Below, piece after piece: positions 63,501 to 64,000 of a stretch of DNA of 64,000 nucleotides. The stretch covers positions 13,299-77,298 of the forward strand of contig JADJXD010000005.1 of the NCBI GenBank assembly GCA_016715985.1, in the 5' to 3' direction. Source of the stretch: Saprospiraceae bacterium. GTDB taxonomy: Bacteria; Bacteroidota; Bacteroidia; Chitinophagales; Saprospiraceae. A program made the position numbers and the translations under genes. The notes beneath the pieces are model-generated. The model did not search any database, had not been told where the DNA came from, and worked only from the letters and a program-made list of their open reading frames with translations. Positions within the stretch are counted from its first letter, which is position 1. Every line of letters begins with the position of its first letter.

Positions 63501-64000
63501 CATTTATCTTAGCAGTTGTTACGGCTGCATCATTTATTTTTATCGTTGTGATAGCGTTTGTGTCAACTGTCCAAACTGTGCCCGTAGATGTAACGTCTAT
63601 GTCTCCATAATCTCCATCGGCAATGCCTCCGGTGATGTCAGATAAATAAGCAATTGTTTCCCTTGTTGCTCCTGTTGTTTTAGTGAAATAAAGACGATCA
63701 GAATTAAATTCCAACGCCCCAACTTCGGGGGTTGTATTTAGTGATCCTGATGTGAATTTTATTGGCGCTGTTCCGGCTGCTGTGCTTTGTGCTGCAATAT
63801 GTAGTTTAGCGGTTGGATTATCAACTGCCGACCCATTAGCAGCAAGTCCTACGTTTCCACTTAAGGAAACATTTAATCTTTTTGTTCCGTTAGTCCATAA
63901 CGAAAGATCATTATTTGCTTTATAGTAAGAGTGTTTTAAATTGCCTATTGCTGATATGGTAAATGAAGAATCGGCTCTTGCAACAACTCTTGAAGACGAG
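57568..64000 (-). CDS. giant modular tail fibre (allele 2; 5' end beyond the window; C-terminal domain fused)
   Basis: The frame is open from 57568 to the window edge; the listed start at 63714 is only the first TTG. Shares blocks with allele 1 but has different modules and an insertion of roughly 400 codons. Confidence 0.75.
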   Translation of the reverse strand, partial: SSSRVVARADSSFTISAIGNLKHSYYKANNDLSLWTNGTKRLNVSLSGNVGLAANGSAVDNPTAKLHIAAQSTAAGTAPIKFTSGSLNTTPEVGALEFNSDRLYFTKTTGATRETIAYLSDITGGIADGDYGDIDVTSTGTVWTVDTNAITTIKINDAAVTTAKINDLAVTTGKINDLAVTTGKLADNAVTSAKITDGTITPTDATTDFIIQNGNTNGAEITIGTNDNFALNFETNGTKRASISTSSILSVGTSNAVSIGASSISAAQNYSIRANNNTLTIQSTATSGAAMYFDIQGGATSVYGHLASNGRTHTAGLKKEWAFENTFQPTSGTGDLADFYFGKTINQTGGAAGWYAPIYINPTITATNGGVRGVYMNYDDATSYGIYQNGANTRNLFTGVTIFGNYIETAEISAPSTPASGYGRLYEKTDGLIYFKNDAGTEFDLTATGGISDGDKGDITVSGGSVWEIDAGVIGSTEIATGGVATVDLADSSVTAVKIISNAVGVDHITANSVGASELISTAVTPATYTLATLTVDADGRITSASNGSEVDGSVTNEAWTIDGDDADTEVISNQTVTFEGSGIVTTDYNPAANTLTIDATEIDGSTSNEIQALTATAGKGTLRLDLGGGFVVLNDSSATNEIQTIDTFTRSNDTIFLSLLNDGENRKIITIPAGADNQTIDTFEIASNLLRLSLEDDAQVFKTVNLAPYLDNTDAQTLSYNSGTDEITISGGNTIDITEVDTDNQSIDTLDITNNFLRISLDDDGVIRDSVSLAAYLDNTDAQGFSGSDDGTTFTLDLSGTASDISFVEGTGITISRTGTALTINSSGGFTTEDAQDAVGAMINTSLQYVDGTPLLAINDRDFGDLTTSGSGLTMTIDNDAVTYAKIQNMATGKVLGRYTGGTGDVQELVIGNGLTISNDSIKVSGGGGITSINGLTDVAQTMVVGTSGTNFNISSSGSTHTFNLPDASASNRGAVTTGTQTFGGAKTFNSSATFAAGSGSEIISNTGGKIHGYTNGNLTGIILRNTAGADGVFGLSNSTSDYSLVEILEPGGTLGTQGLEIYHLGASYSTSGLFAASSAVIKTNTSTSAGLRLITEGADEIVFATGGLASANERMRIDPDGMVSISGGGTAITNPTAKLHIQAGSTSANTAPIKLNSGSLLTTEEVGAIEFLTDRLYFTKTTGATRETIAYLSDVTGVSDGDKGDITVSSSGTVWNIDASTITTTEINDGAIATADIGDDQVTYAKLQNVAANSVLANNTAGSANVAEVALSASQLLGRGSTGNIAAITLGSGLSMSGTTLISSGGGIYGGDGTVSDGTYAQTATSIANPDDFGLGYFYNFPTLGTTPRNRGLFFEGSSGKVYLMGADSVNAAYSYIRMDDQLAIRATNTANTQYTEIDQWKDYFAIYATNGTTTTIRVEVDSVEIETPTVRISDQLTVGTGDNVVINNAGVFPQLDYEITSDQGISIINDNLDGISINVQNDTSSIFIGDAISDFTAPGLDKDIMKFRDEYVKASGSGTMTAIEIANVYNITSTGSGAQIGLNINPTLTSLASATYRGVNIPYSNASTYGIYQSGANTLNLFSGETQFDKQLKTAEIAAPSTPASGFGYTYAKTDGKLYFKNDAGTEYDLTATGGVSDADYGDITVSGGVWSVDNNAVSFTEVQNGLMGDNDYISFNRGADFMMGYIKNYPSGAITNADRGFWFDDEIYMYANDSTNNIFSRIYSENGSWIIKNTKTTDECWIYANENYAQLYANDGTDNSKIDVDSDSIYVRSDVINLKPQTLRIDINGSKGTAGQVLMSDGANANWQTITPSVITPSQITSEQDNYNPTGFGDANIVRVSSDGFWGITSMEAQTDGEEKTIVNVGDYNLYFAPEHTDGTAANRIHFSEDLILMKKSSIRFYYDGTLDRWVPIGYKRPTGFKTVDDCHAPGSTTAGDLGNIAFATASGLSYSQEASNGNTPLSAWYLGTQTSASGATVVYLQKTAESPGLTSQCHFYTESMLTMNTLSTGTDSFTIVSGVVASSPFSTSKLPNSSYGIRYSHGVYGGNWVGYTKNSGGSETLLDLGIAVAVDVNYTLRTELNKANSEIRFYIDGVYVGKMASPLANNLPIGPRTGIFKGVGSNARDIYVQKLCYGAILN

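Overview
Nearly every gene in this window is on the minus strand. The window reads as one tailed-phage genome unit of about 54.46 kb, followed by a second, diverged copy of its last ~10 kb.

Gene order in the transcription direction (high to low coordinates):
- ORF-poor end or regulatory region (53.0-53.8 kb)
- early, recombination and replication genes (53.0-39.3 kb): HTH regulators, a Rad52/Sak-like annealase with a PD-(D/E)XK exonuclease, two orphan DNA methyltransferases, a DUF1064-like nuclease, a DnaC-like loader, a tRNA-Met(CAU) and an SSB-like protein
- an accessory island (39.3-33.3 kb): hsdR remnant, hsdM, hsdS, a wHTH-DUF488 gene, an unknown 243-aa ORF and a PP-loop/PAPS-reductase-like gene
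- terminase small and large subunits
- tail genes (1513-aa tape measure, 1411-aa tip protein)
- head genes (S49/ClpP-like protease, scaffold, capsid candidate, portal candidate)
- a giant (>2100 aa) modular tail fibre
- a lysis cassette and a metallophosphoesterase

Positions 1-4570 repeat at 54461-59032 at roughly 97-99% identity (judged by eye, not computed). Further in, the two fibre genes become mosaic.

Promoter-like TAnnTTTG boxes and the absence of Shine-Dalgarno sequences suggest a Bacteroidota host (inference). I see no integrase, CRISPR array or reverse transcriptase.

Main observations:
1. A 597-bp ORF-carrying element with 28-bp terminal inverted repeats and a perfect 8-bp target-site duplication. 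A second cassette with perfect 25-bp inverted repeats shares the same 18-nt core and carries the PP-loop gene.
2. The R-less Type I island with uncharacterised passenger genes.
3. The two fibre alleles and the repeated late module.
4. A perfect 18-bp x14 coding tandem repeat.
5. A family of structured intergenic repeats around the methyltransferase cluster.

Caveat: at least 12 genes are split by 1-nt length differences, mostly in homopolymers. Sequence quality is therefore suspect, and every 'pseudogene' call here is provisional.

All family assignments come from motifs I recognise by eye. No BLAST or HMM search was run.
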